From the human T2T-CHM13v2.0 reference genome, Homo sapiens, in NCBI RefSeq assembly GCF_009914755.1, contig NC_060930.1: a DNA stretch of 64,000 nt. One strand, given 5' to 3'. The notes beneath the pieces were generated by a model, which did no database searches, was not told where the DNA came from, and saw only the letters and a program-made list of their open reading frames with translations. A program made the position numbers and the translations under genes. Below, piece after piece: positions 14,730-28,775 of this stretch. Numbering within the stretch: position 1 is the stretch's first letter; each line of letters opens with the position of its first letter.

Positions 14730-15707
14730 ATGGATGGGTCAAACGTGACATCATTTGTTGTTGAGGAACCCACGAACATCTCAACTGGCAGGAACGCCTC
14801 AGTCGGGAATGCACATCGGCAAATCCCCATCGTGCACTGGGTCATTATGAGCATCTCCCCAGTGGGGTTTGTTGAGAATGGGATTCTCCTCTGGTTCCTG
14901 TGCTTCCGGATGAGAAGAAATCCCTTCACTGTCTACATCACCCACCTGTCTATCGCAGACATCTCACTGCTCTTCTGTATTTTCATCTTGTCTATCGACT
15001 ATGCTTTAGATTATGAGCTTTCTTCTGGCCATTACTACACAATTGTCACATTATCAGTGACTTTTCTGTTTGGCTACAACACGGGCCTCTATCTGCTGAC
15101 GGCCATTAGTGTGGAGAGGTGCCTGTCAGTCCTTTACCCCATCTGGTACCGATGCCATCGCCCCAAGTACCAGTCGGCATTGGTCTGTGCCCTTCTGTGG
15201 GCTCTTTCTTGCTTGGTGACCACCATGGAGTATGTCATGTGCATCGACAGAGAAGAAGAGAGTCACTCTCGGAATGACTGCCGAGCAGTCATCATCTTTA
15301 TAGCCATCCTGAGCTTCCTGGTCTTCACGCCCCTCATGCTGGTGTCCAGCACCATCTTGGTCGTGAAGATCCGGAAGAACACGTGGGCTTCCCATTCCTC
15401 CAAGCTTTACATAGTCATCATGGTCACCATCATTATATTCCTCATCTTCGCTATGCCCATGAGACTCCTTTACCTGCTGTACTATGAGTATTGGTCGACC
15501 TTTGGGAACCTACACCACATTTCCCTGCTCTTCTCCACAATCAACAGTAGCGCCAACCCTTTCATTTACTTCTTTGTGGGAAGCAGTAAGAAGAAGAGAT
15601 TCAAGGAGTCCTTAAAAGTTGTTCTGACCAGGGCTTTCAAAGATGAAATGCAACCTCGGCGCCAGAAAGACAATTGTAATACGGTCACAGTTGAGACTGT
15701 CGTCTAA
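14730..15707 (+). CDS. MAS1: MAS1 proto-oncogene, class A GPCR (Mas receptor, reported angiotensin-(1-7) receptor), coding region within a single exon
   Basis: 325-aa ORF MDGSNVTSFVVEEPTNIS...TVETVV matches human Mas as I recall it. Seven hydrophobic segments, N-glycosylation sequons (NVT, NIS, NAS), AISVERC in place of DRY, NPFIY in TM7, C-terminal class I PDZ-binding motif ETVV. Confidence 0.99.
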   Translation: MDGSNVTSFVVEEPTNISTGRNASVGNAHRQIPIVHWVIMSISPVGFVENGILLWFLCFRMRRNPFTVYITHLSIADISLLFCIFILSIDYALDYELSSGHYYTIVTLSVTFLFGYNTGLYLLTAISVERCLSVLYPIWYRCHRPKYQSALVCALLWALSCLVTTMEYVMCIDREEESHSRNDCRAVIIFIAILSFLVFTPLMLVSSTILVVKIRKNTWASHSSKLYIVIMVTIIIFLIFAMPMRLLYLLYYEYWSTFGNLHHISLLFSTINSSANPFIYFFVGSSKKKRFKESLKVVLTRAFKDEMQPRRQKDNCNTVTVETVV

Positions 15708-16019
15708 GAACTGTGAGGGAAGTTGTGGATAAAAATGGTGGAACACAGGTCATTTTTAGTTTGTGCTTGGAATATGACTTAAGTATCTCCTAAATGTGAT
15801 ACAGAAGAACATCTCATCCCATATGCATGAGATACTAATTAATGATGAAATTGAACTCTTGTACTGTATCTTCTGGAAATGACCTGTCATTTCTGTACTT
15901 GACAAAGACTCTATTTCTTTCAGCTCTTTTGGCAGCATCTTACCATGAACCATAAAAATGACTTTTGCAGGAAGATTTACAGATGTGTACGGGACAAGGT
16001 AACAAAACTATTTGTTGGA

Positions 16020-16230
16020 ACTTGAGGAGGCAGCTTGATGTAGCAGGAAGAACAAGGGTCGCTTCCTGTGTGACCTCAGGCAAGTTGTTAAACCTCTCAG
16101 AGCCTCATTTTCTCACTCATAAAATGGTTGCGGCAATAGTCTATACCTCCTTGGTCTGCTGTGAAGATGAAATGAGAAGATGAGGCTTGTAAAGCACCTG
16201 GCACATTGTGGATGTTCAACAAATATCAGT
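16020..16230 (+). mobile_element. MIR
   Basis: TGTGTGACCTCAGGCAAGTTGTTAAACCTCTCAGAGCCTCATTTTCTCACTCATAAAATGG core. Confidence 0.85.
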
Positions 16231-16281
16231 CTCTCCTCACTCCCTTCAATGGTAGACAAGATATAAATTTTTGTTTTGTAA

Positions 16282-16283
<2 letters not shown>

Positions 16284-16321
<38 letters not shown>
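16284..16321. repeat. (CA)n microsatellite, about 19 units
   Basis: Seen directly. Confidence 0.98.
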
Positions 16322-16322
<1 letters not shown>

Positions 16323-19033
16323 CTCTATCATGTACAGAAGTTATTATGTGTTTTTACATGTTGAATGTAAATTTACGAAGGTCTTCTTTTTGCTTGCAGC
16401 ATGAAAGCATTTCATGGCATTACACCTCTATTGAAAAACATCGCGGATGTTATGATCTAACAAGCCATGTGCTAGTGCATCATTTCAGGTTGTGAAGAAA
16501 TACATTTGGCCACCAGTAGAGGAGTTTCTCATGGCTCCCCTTCCCTCTGTGGGAATACTAGATGAAATGAAAGTCTGTGTTTTGAAATCCTTTGATTGCA
16601 TAAACATTTTTACGAATGGAGTTGAATTTATGACTTCCTGGGGGTGACTGGGACCTTCCTCCCCCATGAAGAGGTGGGTTATTTGTAGCCAGAGTTCTCA
16701 CCTGCAGCCAAGTGCGGGTCTCTGCACCTGTCTGCCTCCTCTCCTCCTGAGGCTTTTTTTTTTTTTTTCATCACACCTGGAAGGAGGCTCAGTGGCAAGG
16801 GCTAATGAAAATGTGGTCACATCCTGGAGGACTCTGATATTTTTGCTCATGACAGATCCTTGCATGACTTCCTCAGAATCTTTACTCAGCACTCCAGGGG
16901 GGGCTCTGCCTCTTGCCTGCCATGAGTTGCCCTCCAGACACTGCACGTCCTGGGTTTTAGCTGTGAAGCCCGTCGCATAGCTATGTTTATTTCCTTCTGT
17001 CCCTTCTAGGAGTTCCACAAAAGGGCAATATGTCACATGATTCTACAGGTTGTAAAATGTTCAAGTCCATAGAAATGAGCCCGATAGTATTTATTTTAAC
17101 CATTTGCTCTTTAAAAGGTCAGAGAGGCAGTGATGTAATTGTTCTCTGTTGCTGCTTGTCCTTCCCCATCCTCTTCCTTTCTCAAAAGAAATGATGTGGG
17201 GCAGCTTCGCTGGGGGAGAGGAGTCTGTCCCCTCGAGCAAGGACCCCACTGCCAGCCAAGCTTGGATGCAGGAGGCTTTTCAGTGGGTGACAACATCTGA
17301 TTCAGAAACAAGGCAGCTTTGCTTTCAGGAGCCCAGATGGGGTGTGGAGCAATGACATTTAGAATGATCTTGTTTTTGGTTGAAAACAGAGCATTTTCCC
17401 TGGGAAAGAACAGAATATGGAGATCAGAGCAACTCCCCTCTGTTTCCTGTCCTCTCCTGTGTGTGCTGTGTGCTGGCCTCTGGGGTAGGGAAAGGGGGCC
17501 AACCTCGTCTCATCTCTAAGGGGATCTTAGTCTCAAAGAGGACCCTAAAGACTATCAGATACAAGGAATTTCTACCTAAGGAAAATATGGTGAACTAATA
17601 GGAAGCCCCTATTTATTGTTTTTCTGCAGATAAAGTGGGGAAATCGAATGTGATAATGAATATAAAAATTATTCTAACCTTTTAAAATGATGCCTTACCA
17701 AGAGGTAGGAGGTAGGATTCAGAGTTTGGCAGGGTTATAAAGACTAATTTCTTTCTGTCTTCCCCCAAACCCATTCCCAAAGTGAACTGTAAGGTTAAAA
17801 CTATAACAAGAAGATTTAAGTAAATTTGCAAATATGTAGAGAATACTAAATCATTTGTATCCTTTAGGCATTCAGACAATTTGCCTAAGTCATTGTAGGT
17901 TACTAGGTGCCACTTCCGAGAATTCCTTGGGGATGGGGAGGAGATTGTTTGGATAATGCCTGTCCTAACTGAACGGGAAGGGTTTGTAGCATTCCTACTA
18001 CAAAGATTCATGCACAGCCTTCTCTGCAGAACACCATGATGTGGACAAGGCAAAGACGGGGAAGCGGAAGCCGCTGTCTATGTCATAGGAGAAAGAGACA
18101 CCGCATAACTACAACACCAGGCTGCACACAAGTTTGTTTGACAAGTGTTAGGAACAAAATTGTGTGGCAGAGGTCACCACAGCAGGGGCTCTTCCTGCCA
18201 CCCCCATATTGCATGCAGCCTCTTCTGTTCCCTCCCCTGCCCACTGGGGTTTCTCCTCAGCACTCATCATGCCATATATCGATTTGCTTATTTGCTCGTT
18301 CTCTGTCTCTTCACGCTAGACTATAAGCTCCTTGAGGGCAGGGACGTAGCTTTGCTCACTGCTGTAGCCCCAGCTTATTTGCTGTGTTGGTCGAATCCAC
18401 TGCACCCCTCTCTGGGCTGTTTCCTTTGTACATATAAATAGACTCAAATTGCTTCCACCTAACCAGAAGCCATTCCTTGCCCCACAGCCCTTTCCAGTTT
18501 CTATCTCCCCTCCCTCCCTTCCTTCCAAACCACCTTCTGGAAAGGCTCTTCCACACTCACTGTCCTGACTCTTGCCACAATTCACCCCTCAACATCCTGC
18601 CATTTGTCTTGCAGCCTGACCATCATAGAGAGATTGGTCCAGATAGGAAGGTGAGTAACTTCCACAGTGTCAAATCTGATGGGCTGTTTTCTACCTATGC
18701 CTTTTGTGGCATTTAATACCCACAGTCTTCCTGAAATTATCTCTTTTCTTGGATTCTAGTTTGCTACATTTTTCTCCAGCTCTCTTTTTGAATCCTATCT
18801 TCCTGATTGGAATCTTCTCACTTCTTTCCTCCCTCTTCTACTGCTCCTCCCTTAAATGGACACATTTTCCATAATTCAGTGGCTGGGCCTCTGCTCTCCT
18901 CTTTCTGAGAAATCTCCCTGGATCCTGATCCATAATCACCTGCTTATTAATGAACCTCAAATAGACATTTGCTGACCAGAACCCTTTGCTGGGCTCCAGT
19001 CCTGTGTGTCCAATCATCTAATGGACTTTTTGA

Positions 19034-19372
<339 letters not shown>

Positions 19373-20823
19373 TAGCAAACTCCATTTATCCATCTACGTC
19401 CAGCTCAAGCATTAGAGACTCAGGAGAGCCTCTGGAAGCTGAGTTCCTGGATAACCGTGCCATACCTTTTCTTTCCCAGACTTTCCACATCTTTCCCTTC
19501 CTCACTCTCAGCAAATGATGGCTGGCTCCCCTTTACACAAGGGGAATAGAAGCAACCGGAAGAACTCTTCCAGACATCCCCGCTGTCCCCTCTGCTGACC
19601 TAGCTCCATCTTCTTCATATCAGCCTCTCCCCTGTGTGCTCAGGGGGAACTCACTATGCCCCTCCCTGGCTAAGGTGATACCCTGGCTAAGATGCTCCAA
19701 CCCCTTCCCCTGTTGCCTGCCCGATGGCATTTCGCCAGCAATTCTCCCTCTCTGTCCTGCACCATCAATTTCAGTCCAGGATAACGGAGGACAGAATTTT
19801 CAGGAATCAGGATGGAGGAGGGTTGGTGAACAGCACCACTGGCCTTGACTAGCCTGCTCCCTGCCACACATACTGGTTGTTTCTCTGGAGACAGCATTGT
19901 ATGCACTGAGATGAGCAACTGGAGAGCCACCAGCAGCCATCCCCTCTCTTTGTGCCTCACAGCTCCAGTGACTGATGGAGATGGAGATGGGATCGTTGGC
20001 TGCCTTCATGGAGTTGTTTAAGGAGCACTTAGAAGATGCTTTACGGGCATCCCTAGAATTTCACCATTAGAAGAGTAGTTCTGTTAGGTTGAAATTTGTC
20101 TTTTTACTCAACCTCTTCTTAAATTAGGAATCACTTCTGGAAAGGAAAACACATCAAGCCATACATACTTTTTCCTGTGCTTTTTCTCATGGAGAGGAGC
20201 AGCACAAGACAAGACACCCAGCTGTTCAGGCTGCTGAATGAGATGGTGAGGAGTGGGTGGTAGAAGTGAAGAAAGGAGGAGGTGGGAGCAATCAAGTATT
20301 TGCTTGCTTGATTCCACAAACAAGAAGCTTCTTTTCTCTTTAACCTAACATTTGACTGTTTAACTTTGCAAGGTTATATGGGAAACAAAAATCCTTGATA
20401 TGAAAACATTAGCAAATGTATCACTTATAAAATGGGTACCATCAGGCCTCCCCCTGCTTAGCACCAGAGTCTCTCTCACTGCCTCATCTACAGTTTTGTG
20501 GATCAGTCTTGTGATGCCTGAGAGTCAATGTGCAAACTGTCCTCGAACTTTAATTGATGATCTTGACAAACATTCAGGATTCTGTGAAGGAGGTAAGAGA
20601 GGTGTCACAGAACTGCTAAAATACACTTCAACTATTGATAAAAGAGCATGGAGCAGAGTTAGACCGGTTAGCAGCTGAATCAGAGGTAAATAAACAAGGA
20701 TGATGATGAGATGGGAGCTTCCAAAAAGAAGCGTTTTAATATCAAATGTTGAAGAGAGGCTCTTGGGAAAACTGCTGAAGTCTTTAGATATTTTTGCAAA
20801 AATTACCCACTTTTTGATGTTCA

Positions 20824-21480
<657 letters not shown>

Positions 21481-21869
21481 CAAAAATCAGCTATTGGGGT
21501 CTCATTTGCTTAAAATTATTGGCATGTTGTTGAAATTATAATGAGTTTTAGTAAAGCAAAATTAAAACAATTTTCATGATTTTAATTTCACTTTTTTCAT
21601 GATTTTCTATGAAATTTTGGTCCTCATTTTAACAAGATTCCTTTTTAACAATCTTTTACTAAAACCAGTCATTCATGGATAAGGAGATCCTCTTACACTA
21701 ATTATTTAAATGTGTACATATACATGTTAATACAAAGGGTTGAATTGTTAAAGCAAATTCAGAGTGACTTACAGATCTTACCCAACATGAAACTAATGAT
21801 TCAAATGATAAGAGGCAAGTGCCAGGCACAAATGAAACACTCTTTTCTGGAGGAGACCAACAGTTTTAA

Positions 21870-22890
21870 TTATTTCTGGGGTTTTTTTGGTCAAATTTCT
21901 CATGTTGCTTCTAGATTGTTTTCCAAATGTCATTTAGTTTTCTATCTGTACTTTTTGTGATTCTCTGAATTCTCTGTCAGACATTTCGGAGATCTTCAAT
22001 TCTTCTGGGTCCATTGCTACAGCTTTGTTATCTCTTTTGATGTTGTCGTTTTCCCCTGAGTTTTCACAGTCCTTGCACTTCACGTCGATCCCCGTGCAAT
22101 TGAGAAGATAGTCACCTCTGACAGTTTTTTAAGGGTTCTTGGTGGTGTCAGAGCTTTGCTACTTAGTATTGGAACTTAAACTCTGGTCTGTTGTTTCTTC
22201 CTGTTCTGAGTGAGACTTGCGGTGAGCACTGGAACTTAAACATTGCCCTGGAACTATATTGCTGCTCTGTCAACATTTCCCAGTTCAGGGAAGATGTAAG
22301 TGGGTATCAGAACTTAATCTTGAGCTTTTTGTTGTTTCCAGGCCAGGGGAGGGCTCTCGAGTATACCTAGGCTCGTGGAAAATGCAGCCAGGGATTTGGA
22401 CCTCCCTGTGGATTGTGCCAGCCAGTCCCTTCACCATGGTGTCCCCACTGATCAGAGCTCAGAGTGCACCAGTACACCAGTTGCTGCAATCAGTGCTTGG
22501 CTTTTTGTCCCCAGTTCACCCCAGGTCATTCAGCTATCCTGGCATTCCCAGTGGTTCCTGTGGGACGGGGCCAGAGTGGGTGTCCCATGAAGATGACCAG
22601 ATCAGTGGGGAGATAAAATGCTCACCTGTAATTCTCTCCTGTCACCTTGGAAACCATGGATCTAGAGACATTCTCTGAGTGACACTATGCCAGCTGGGAG
22701 TGGTGGCACAGTCCGAATTGATTGTTTCTCTTACCAGTTCTGGCTTCTTTCAATTCTGTGGACCTAGGGGGTTTCTCAGCTTCTCCCCAAAGTTCTGGTG
22801 AATTCAGGGTGGTGTTCTTGTCTTTGAATAGTTGGAATCTATTTCTGTGGGGGGAATGGTTCCAGAGAATCTTCTATTCTGCCATCTTGT
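21870..22890 (-). mobile_element. Old L1M 5' UTR/ORF1-start remnant, antisense
   Basis: Ends in CTATTCTGCCATCTTG (CAAGATGGC, the L1 5' motif, on the minus strand); ORF1-like antisense sequence at 21950-22080. Confidence 0.65.
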
Positions 22891-23447
22891 TGAGCTCTCC
22901 CAAAATGTCCCCTTCTCCTACATTGGCACACGCTTTGGTTTCACATTGACTGATGAGTTTTGAGCAACGTATACAAAGAAACATTGTTCTCAAAGGAAAC
23001 TGGTGAAGTTTGGGGGTGCCTCCATTTTGCACGTTGTTCATTACACAAGTAGAATATACTTATGTGACTACCCGTACCCTTTCTCCAGCCTCCCTGCCCC
23101 ATAAACCTATAAATCCCAAATTTATTTATAATAGACAATCTTGACAGATTAGGTATATCCTGCTGGAAATAGGACTAGTTCACTGAGTATAACGTTTCTA
23201 CAGAGCAGTCTGATTGAGGTCTTCAGCATCTTTGCAAGGTGCCCTGGTTGAGGTTATTGTTCCGCAGGCACTCCTGTGGGGAAGGAGTGATTTGCAGGCT
23301 TCATGCTGACATTACCTGTATGGTACATTTTGGCCAACACCAGCCTGTTAATGCCTGAGGCAGAGGCCTCTGGAATGAGAAAACAGGACTGGAAGCCTGC
23401 CTACTTAGTAGCTTGGCAAGTGTCAACAAGTTAATCTCTGTGACTGG

Positions 23448-23860
23448 TGACTTAGTTGGAGTTCCACCCAAAGCAGATCCTGAGACAAGGATTTAGTGCA
23501 AGTAATTCATGTGGCCATCATCCAGAGGAGCATGGGAGAAAGTGGGGAATTTAGACAGGGAAAGGAGGAAGTTAGCAAAGGGTGAGTGAAGGAGAACAAG
23601 GGCCCAGGACAGTGAGGCCCCACCTCAGAACTGCCCTCCTGGAAGGGCGAAGGAGCCGTGGCGCCGACCCCCACCTCCTGCCCCTCAATAGGGAGCATCA
23701 CTCCCCGACGTCAACTCCCAGCTCTTCCTGGCCTGCCCTGTGCTCAGGCCGAGCATGGCCTAAAGCAGGGAATATGTCTAGGCAGAGTGACACAGGGAGC
23801 CATGGGCAGGTACAGGATCTACCTGCAAGTGACTACAGGGGTGGCTTCAGGGCTGACCAA
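23448..23860. mobile_element. LTR16-family (ERVL) LTR inserted in a MIR
   Basis: AAGCAGATCCTGAGACAAGGATTTAGTGCAAGTA motif; MIR-like pieces on both flanks. Confidence 0.55.
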
Positions 23861-23984
23861 TGGCATCTGCTATCATGGAATTAAAGTAACCTACCCCACG
23901 AAGTAGCTGTGCCAAGTAAGTGAAATAATGCACAAGGAAATTCTGTGTAAACTTTCAAGCATCAAGCAAATGTTAGTTATTTCT

Positions 23985-24293
23985 TGAGGACGTTATGTAA
24001 AGTGATATAAGCCAGGCCCGGAAGGACAAAGACTGTATGATTCCACTCATATGAGGGGCTTAGAGTTGTCAGATTCATAGAGACAGAAGGTAGAATGGTG
24101 GTGGCCGGGGGCTGGAGGGAGGAGGGAGTGGGGAGTTAGTGTTTAGTAGGAACTGAATTTCAGTTTGAGGAGATGAAAATGTTCTGGGGATCTATTGCAC
24201 AACAATGGACATGTAGCTAACCCCACTGTACTGTATTCTTAAAAATGTTTCAGATGGTAAATTTTATGTTATGTATATTTTACCACAATAAAG
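23985..24293 (+). mobile_element. L1MB-type 3' end
   Basis: ATGATTCCACTCATATGAGG...GATGGTAAATTTTATGTTATGTATATTTTACCACAATAAA. Confidence 0.85.
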
Positions 24294-24559
24294 AAGTGAG
24301 TTATTGTACTTTCAAGGCACTCGGTGTGTTTCTCAGGATGCTGGGCAGCCCATGGCCCCGAGACAGGTGCCAAGTCAATACTTGGGTGATGAAGGATGAA
24401 GACAAACCTCCTCTTCATCTTCACTCCAGTGAGTGGAGCACTGGCACTGTTGCCAGTGAGAGGCAAAGACACGAGGCCAATTCAACAACCCACCTCAAAC
24501 CTGTATTTGCAAGTGAGTGCAGACTCCCCTGATTCCAATGAAGCTGCTGTTGAGGGCCG

Positions 24560-24843
24560 GATAGCAGCCACTCTTGGCTTTGCGGGCCGTACAGTCTGTG
24601 CTGCAATGACAACTCTGTGGGTGTGTGAAAGCAGACACTGCTTAGATGAACGAGGATGGCGGCACGCCAACAAATTCATTATGGACACTAAAAATTGAAT
24701 TTCATGTAATTTTCATGTCATAGAAATTCTTTCTTTTCCCCTTCAACCATTTAAAAATGTAAAAAAACTATTCTCAGCTTGTGGGTTTTACAAAAACAGG
24801 TGGCAGCCAGATTTGGTAGTGGCCGGACTTTGCCACCTCCAGC
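24560..24843. mobile_element. MER58B-like hAT MITE
   Basis: TTTGCGGGCC...ATGGACACTAAAAATTGAATTTCATGTAATTTTCA...AAAAACAGGTGGCAGCCAGATTTGG. Confidence 0.75.
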
Positions 24844-25201
24844 CTGGAGTGTTTTGGGAATTCCCCATTCTGAAATGGTCTCCAGTGTGGCTGCAGCACG
24901 TCCATTTGACAATCCTGACCTCGGTGGTGGCAAATCTTCCTTGTTTCCTGGTGGATTTAACTTTGCAGAAGGACCAGCAGACATCCTGACCCAAACCTGA
25001 TGGATGAGATTGGTGTAAAGTGGAGAAATTCTGTTTTGGATTAATCACAAGGAGATTTAAAAAACGAGAGATTTTCTGTAGTAAGTACATTGCCTGTAAA
25101 TAGAATTCCAATTCTACATGCTCAGGGACCATTTTGTTCACTTGTATCAAACTATATTCTCTGGATTCAGAGGGAATTATTGGAACTTTTCAGAGATCAG
25201 G

Positions 25202-25207
25202 AATAAA
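25202..25207 (+). terminator. Candidate distal poly(A) signal of a long MAS1 3' UTR
   Basis: AATAAA in unique sequence followed by GU/U-rich TTTTGTGTTGGGCTTTT about 20 nt downstream; further AATAAA at 25283 and 25564. Confidence 0.5.
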
Positions 25208-26065
25208 ATGTTCATGCATGAGAATTTTGTGTTGGGCTTTTAGAAGGATAAGGATCTCACATATGGCTTCTGGGTACAGCATGAATAAAATGCAGTTGCT
25301 GACAAATTAAAAACCAGAACGTTCCTCATATTGGGTTGATTAGCACTTGCAGGTTCTGTACCATCACTATCCTTAACGAGGAACATAAGCCTTGTCCCAA
25401 GTTGCAGGATAAATATTTCAGGAACTCAGTTGCAAAGGTCAGTATTACATTGATTTATTGATGTATGCTTTTAATCAAATGAACCCTTTAGAATTAGTTG
25501 CCCTTAGGCAAATGTCAGAAGCTCAAAACATTCCTTAAAATACTTAAAACAAAATAATGACACAATAAAACATCATTAAAAATCCTTCAGGCTCATTAGC
25601 TCTAGTTAAAGATGGTTGAATGCTTATGATAATTGAATTGAGCCACTGAGCACTTCCTGTCTTTCTTCTTCCAAGAGGAGAGAAAATAGATGAGGGCTGA
25701 GAAGCAGTCTTCCTTCTGCATGTGACTAAGCTAGGAGCTTGCTAACCCAGTGAGTGCATGACAATGCTGATAGTATTTTTGGAGGGTTTAGCATCCCCAA
25801 ATCTTTTCTTTTATTTCTACAGACCAAGAACAAGGGTATTTCCCTGTTGAATTTTAGGTGTAGACATATGGAAAAGAATAATCTATATTATCTTTAGATG
25901 GATAAAGCTTGCCTATCAGCCTAGTGGCCTGTGTCAGTCCTCGACGTCCAGCCATTTTCTCCTCCAGGACAGTGGCTCAGCATCCTCTCCCACAACGCTT
26001 CGAGCAATATCATGTTAGACAGTTCCTGCTTGCTTTGACTTCTCCTTGCAGACCTCCTGCCCAGC

Positions 26066-26430
26066 TGGTATGGCCTGAAAGCTTGTGTACTCCCAGATTC
26101 ATATGTTGAAATCCTAACCCTTCATGTGACGGTATTTGGAGGTGGAGTTCTTGGGAGGTAAGTGGGTGCTGAAGATAAGGCCCTCATGAATGAGATTAGT
26201 GCCCTTGAAAAGGAGGCCTCCCATTACCTCCCTCACCCCTTCCACCACGTGAGGACACAGTGAGAAGGTGCTGTCCATGAACCAGGAAGCAGCCCTCACC
26301 AGACACTGAATCTGCCAGTGCCTTGATCTTAGACTTTCCAGCCTCCAAAAGTGTGAGAAACAAATTTCTGTTGTTTATGAGCCACCCAGTTTATGGGATT
26401 TTGTTATAGCAGCATGAACAGACTAAGACA
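26066..26430 (+). mobile_element. MLT1A-type MaLR solo LTR
   Basis: TGGTATGGCCTGAA...CATATGTTGAAATCCTAACCC...GACTAAGACA. Confidence 0.85.
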
Positions 26431-27768
26431 CCAACTTTTGATCATTTTCCTTATTTTTCATAAAGTTGCTGAACAGAAGTGAGGGAAGACGATGCCAGTG
26501 ACAGCAGAACATTGCTGAGGGCTGCAGAAATATGACAGCCCCTGGGCCCCTGCACTTCCCCTCCCTGCACAGACAAGAGTATGGTGAAGAACGGAATGAA
26601 GTTATAACGCTTGGGAAGTGGCCTGTGAGGCCTGATGAGCCCATGTTCTTTCTCTCACGTGGTAAGAAATGACCCCGAGTGACCAGAGGGGCTCATCAGA
26701 GCTGATCTGAGTTCAGTAAAAGGGCTGATGTGGAAGATGAGGCAGAGAGTGGACCTTAGATCTCAGAAGTGTCTGTTGGATGATGGAGACCTTCACAGAG
26801 AACACTTTCTCAGGAAGCGTTCCCAGCAGAGGTCTCAGCCCCTGGCTGATTCACAGCCTGCATTTAGAACGGAGATTGAGTCAGAGGAGATTCCACCTCT
26901 CCATGCATTCCCACAGTCCTGAAACTAGTCAGTGTTAGAACCAGAATTCAAACTGACGGTCTGAGCCCAGAGCTCTGCTCTTCATCTTACCCAGTATTAC
27001 ATTCATTCCCATATTGACTGAAGATTCACTTTCACTGTTATCATGAAAAGTAAGTTGAGAAATTGACATGTCATGTAGATGCTATGAGGAATCACTGGGG
27101 AGAGATTAAGATGTTCCTTCAAGCTTCAGATCTTTCAGAGAGATAAGTAGTGTGGAGTTGCACTGTTGGGAAACGAGTCTTGGCGTTCTGGCTCTTCACT
27201 TGTTCGCCTGCCTTCCTCCTCCAGCCCAGCTGCTGCAGTGTGGCATGTTACGCTTACACTTCATGGAGGAAATGGAACTGGGGCTGCTCCAATGTTCTCT
27301 TTTCAGGTTTTAATGGAAGGTTCTGCATTCAGCTGCACCAACACTGCTTGCAAACAAGAAAAGAACCGAGAGAGTGGAGAACACTGTGCAGGGACTTGGG
27401 TATGGATTCCAGGGAGTATCTGGAAATTCCCACCTCACAGGTCCATCTCACCTGGTGGTTGTTCCTACTGAAAAAGGATCCCGTGGTCCTGTGCCCTGAG
27501 GGCCACAAACAGCATAAATGTTCCAGAGCAGAGCCTGGAAGTGGGAGGGTACAGAGGGAAGACATAAGAAGATGGGGGTGGAAGCATGAAGGGCAGTTCT
27601 AAAGTGTCTTGGGGAGAATAGGAGATAAATTAGATGATAATGCACAAGGCCAAGGGCATGGCAAAATAAGGAACCAAGAAGAATGAAACCGATTTGATGA
27701 AGATAAGGATTAACAGTACACACAGTTATGAATAAAAGATGCATTATGTAATAATTAGCAGGCATCTA

Positions 27769-27848
27769 TAGGTTGGTGCAAAAGTTATTGCGGTTTTTGC
27801 CATTGAAAGTAAATGCAAAAACTCGCGACTGCTTTTACAACAACCTAA
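27769..27848. mobile_element. MADE1 (Hsmar1-derived ~80-bp palindromic MITE)
   Basis: TAGGTTGGTGCAAAAGTTATTGCGGTTTTTGCCATT...CAACCTAA flanked by TA. Confidence 0.9.
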
Positions 27849-28004
27849 TACAGCTTCTTTCACCAAGGAGCTTAAATGTTTTAAAATAAACAAAATGTCG
27901 TTATGCACCCTACCTCCCTCCGCAGTTTGGAGCCCTTCCTTTTCCAGAATGATGCAGCCCAGGTCCCCCTACCCTTTGTTCTCAGCAGCAAGTCTCCGGA
28001 GAGG

Positions 28005-28005
<1 letters not shown>

Positions 28006-28037
<32 letters not shown>
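28006..28037. repeat. (TA)n microsatellite
   Basis: Seen directly. Confidence 0.97.
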
Positions 28038-28040
<3 letters not shown>

Positions 28041-28199
28041 AAATAAATGATTTACCTTTTTGCCTTCCTGTGTACCACATTCAGATTTTGCTTTTGAAAA
28101 TTCCATCAAGGCAGCTATGATGTCCATGTTTAATCTACTTATGTCTGCATCAACTGCTACCCTAACTTTTTCTCTTTATCACTCTCTTGCAATTAACAT

Positions 28200-28775
28200 T
28201 TTGTCATACCTGTGTGCTACATAATACATAGTTTTTGTGTTTTTGAAGTCTATAAAAATCATATCCTATTCTATGTAGTTTTCTTTGTATTGTTTTTTCC
28301 ACTCAGCATTATGCAGAGTGGTTCAATGTCTTTGTGTGTAGTGTAGTTCATTTATTTTGACTGCTAAAATATATTCCACTGAGTAAATATACTAGATTTT
28401 ATTTATCCTCTTGTCAGTGGACTGTTTCCAGGTATTTTTTGAAATGTGGACATATTGCTATTTAAACAACTTTTCTATATATGTCTCCTTGTACACTTCC
28501 GCAAGAATTTCTCTTGGGTGTATACCTAGGAGTAAGATTACTAGGTCAGATTTATAAAACAATACCGAAGTGCTTTCAAGGTGGGCCGGTCAGATCAAGT
28601 GAACCAATTTACACTCCCATCCACGATATATGAGTCTACTTCCTTCACATTCTCTCTGTACTTCTCAATGTTGGCCAATCTGCAGGGTGTAAAATGGTAT
28701 AACGTTGTGGGCTTAATTTACATTTACCAGATTACAAAAGTGGTTGAGCATCTTTTATGACTCTTAGCCATATGG
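28200..28775 (-). mobile_element. Old L1M fragment, antisense
   Basis: TTTCTCTTGGGTGTATACCTAGGAGTAAGATT...CCAATTTACACTCCCA motifs. Confidence 0.75.

Noticed and set aside
14642-15395. Antisense ORFs overlapping MAS1 (95 aa and 89 aa)
   Set aside because: Short shadow ORFs of the real CDS, with no independent support.
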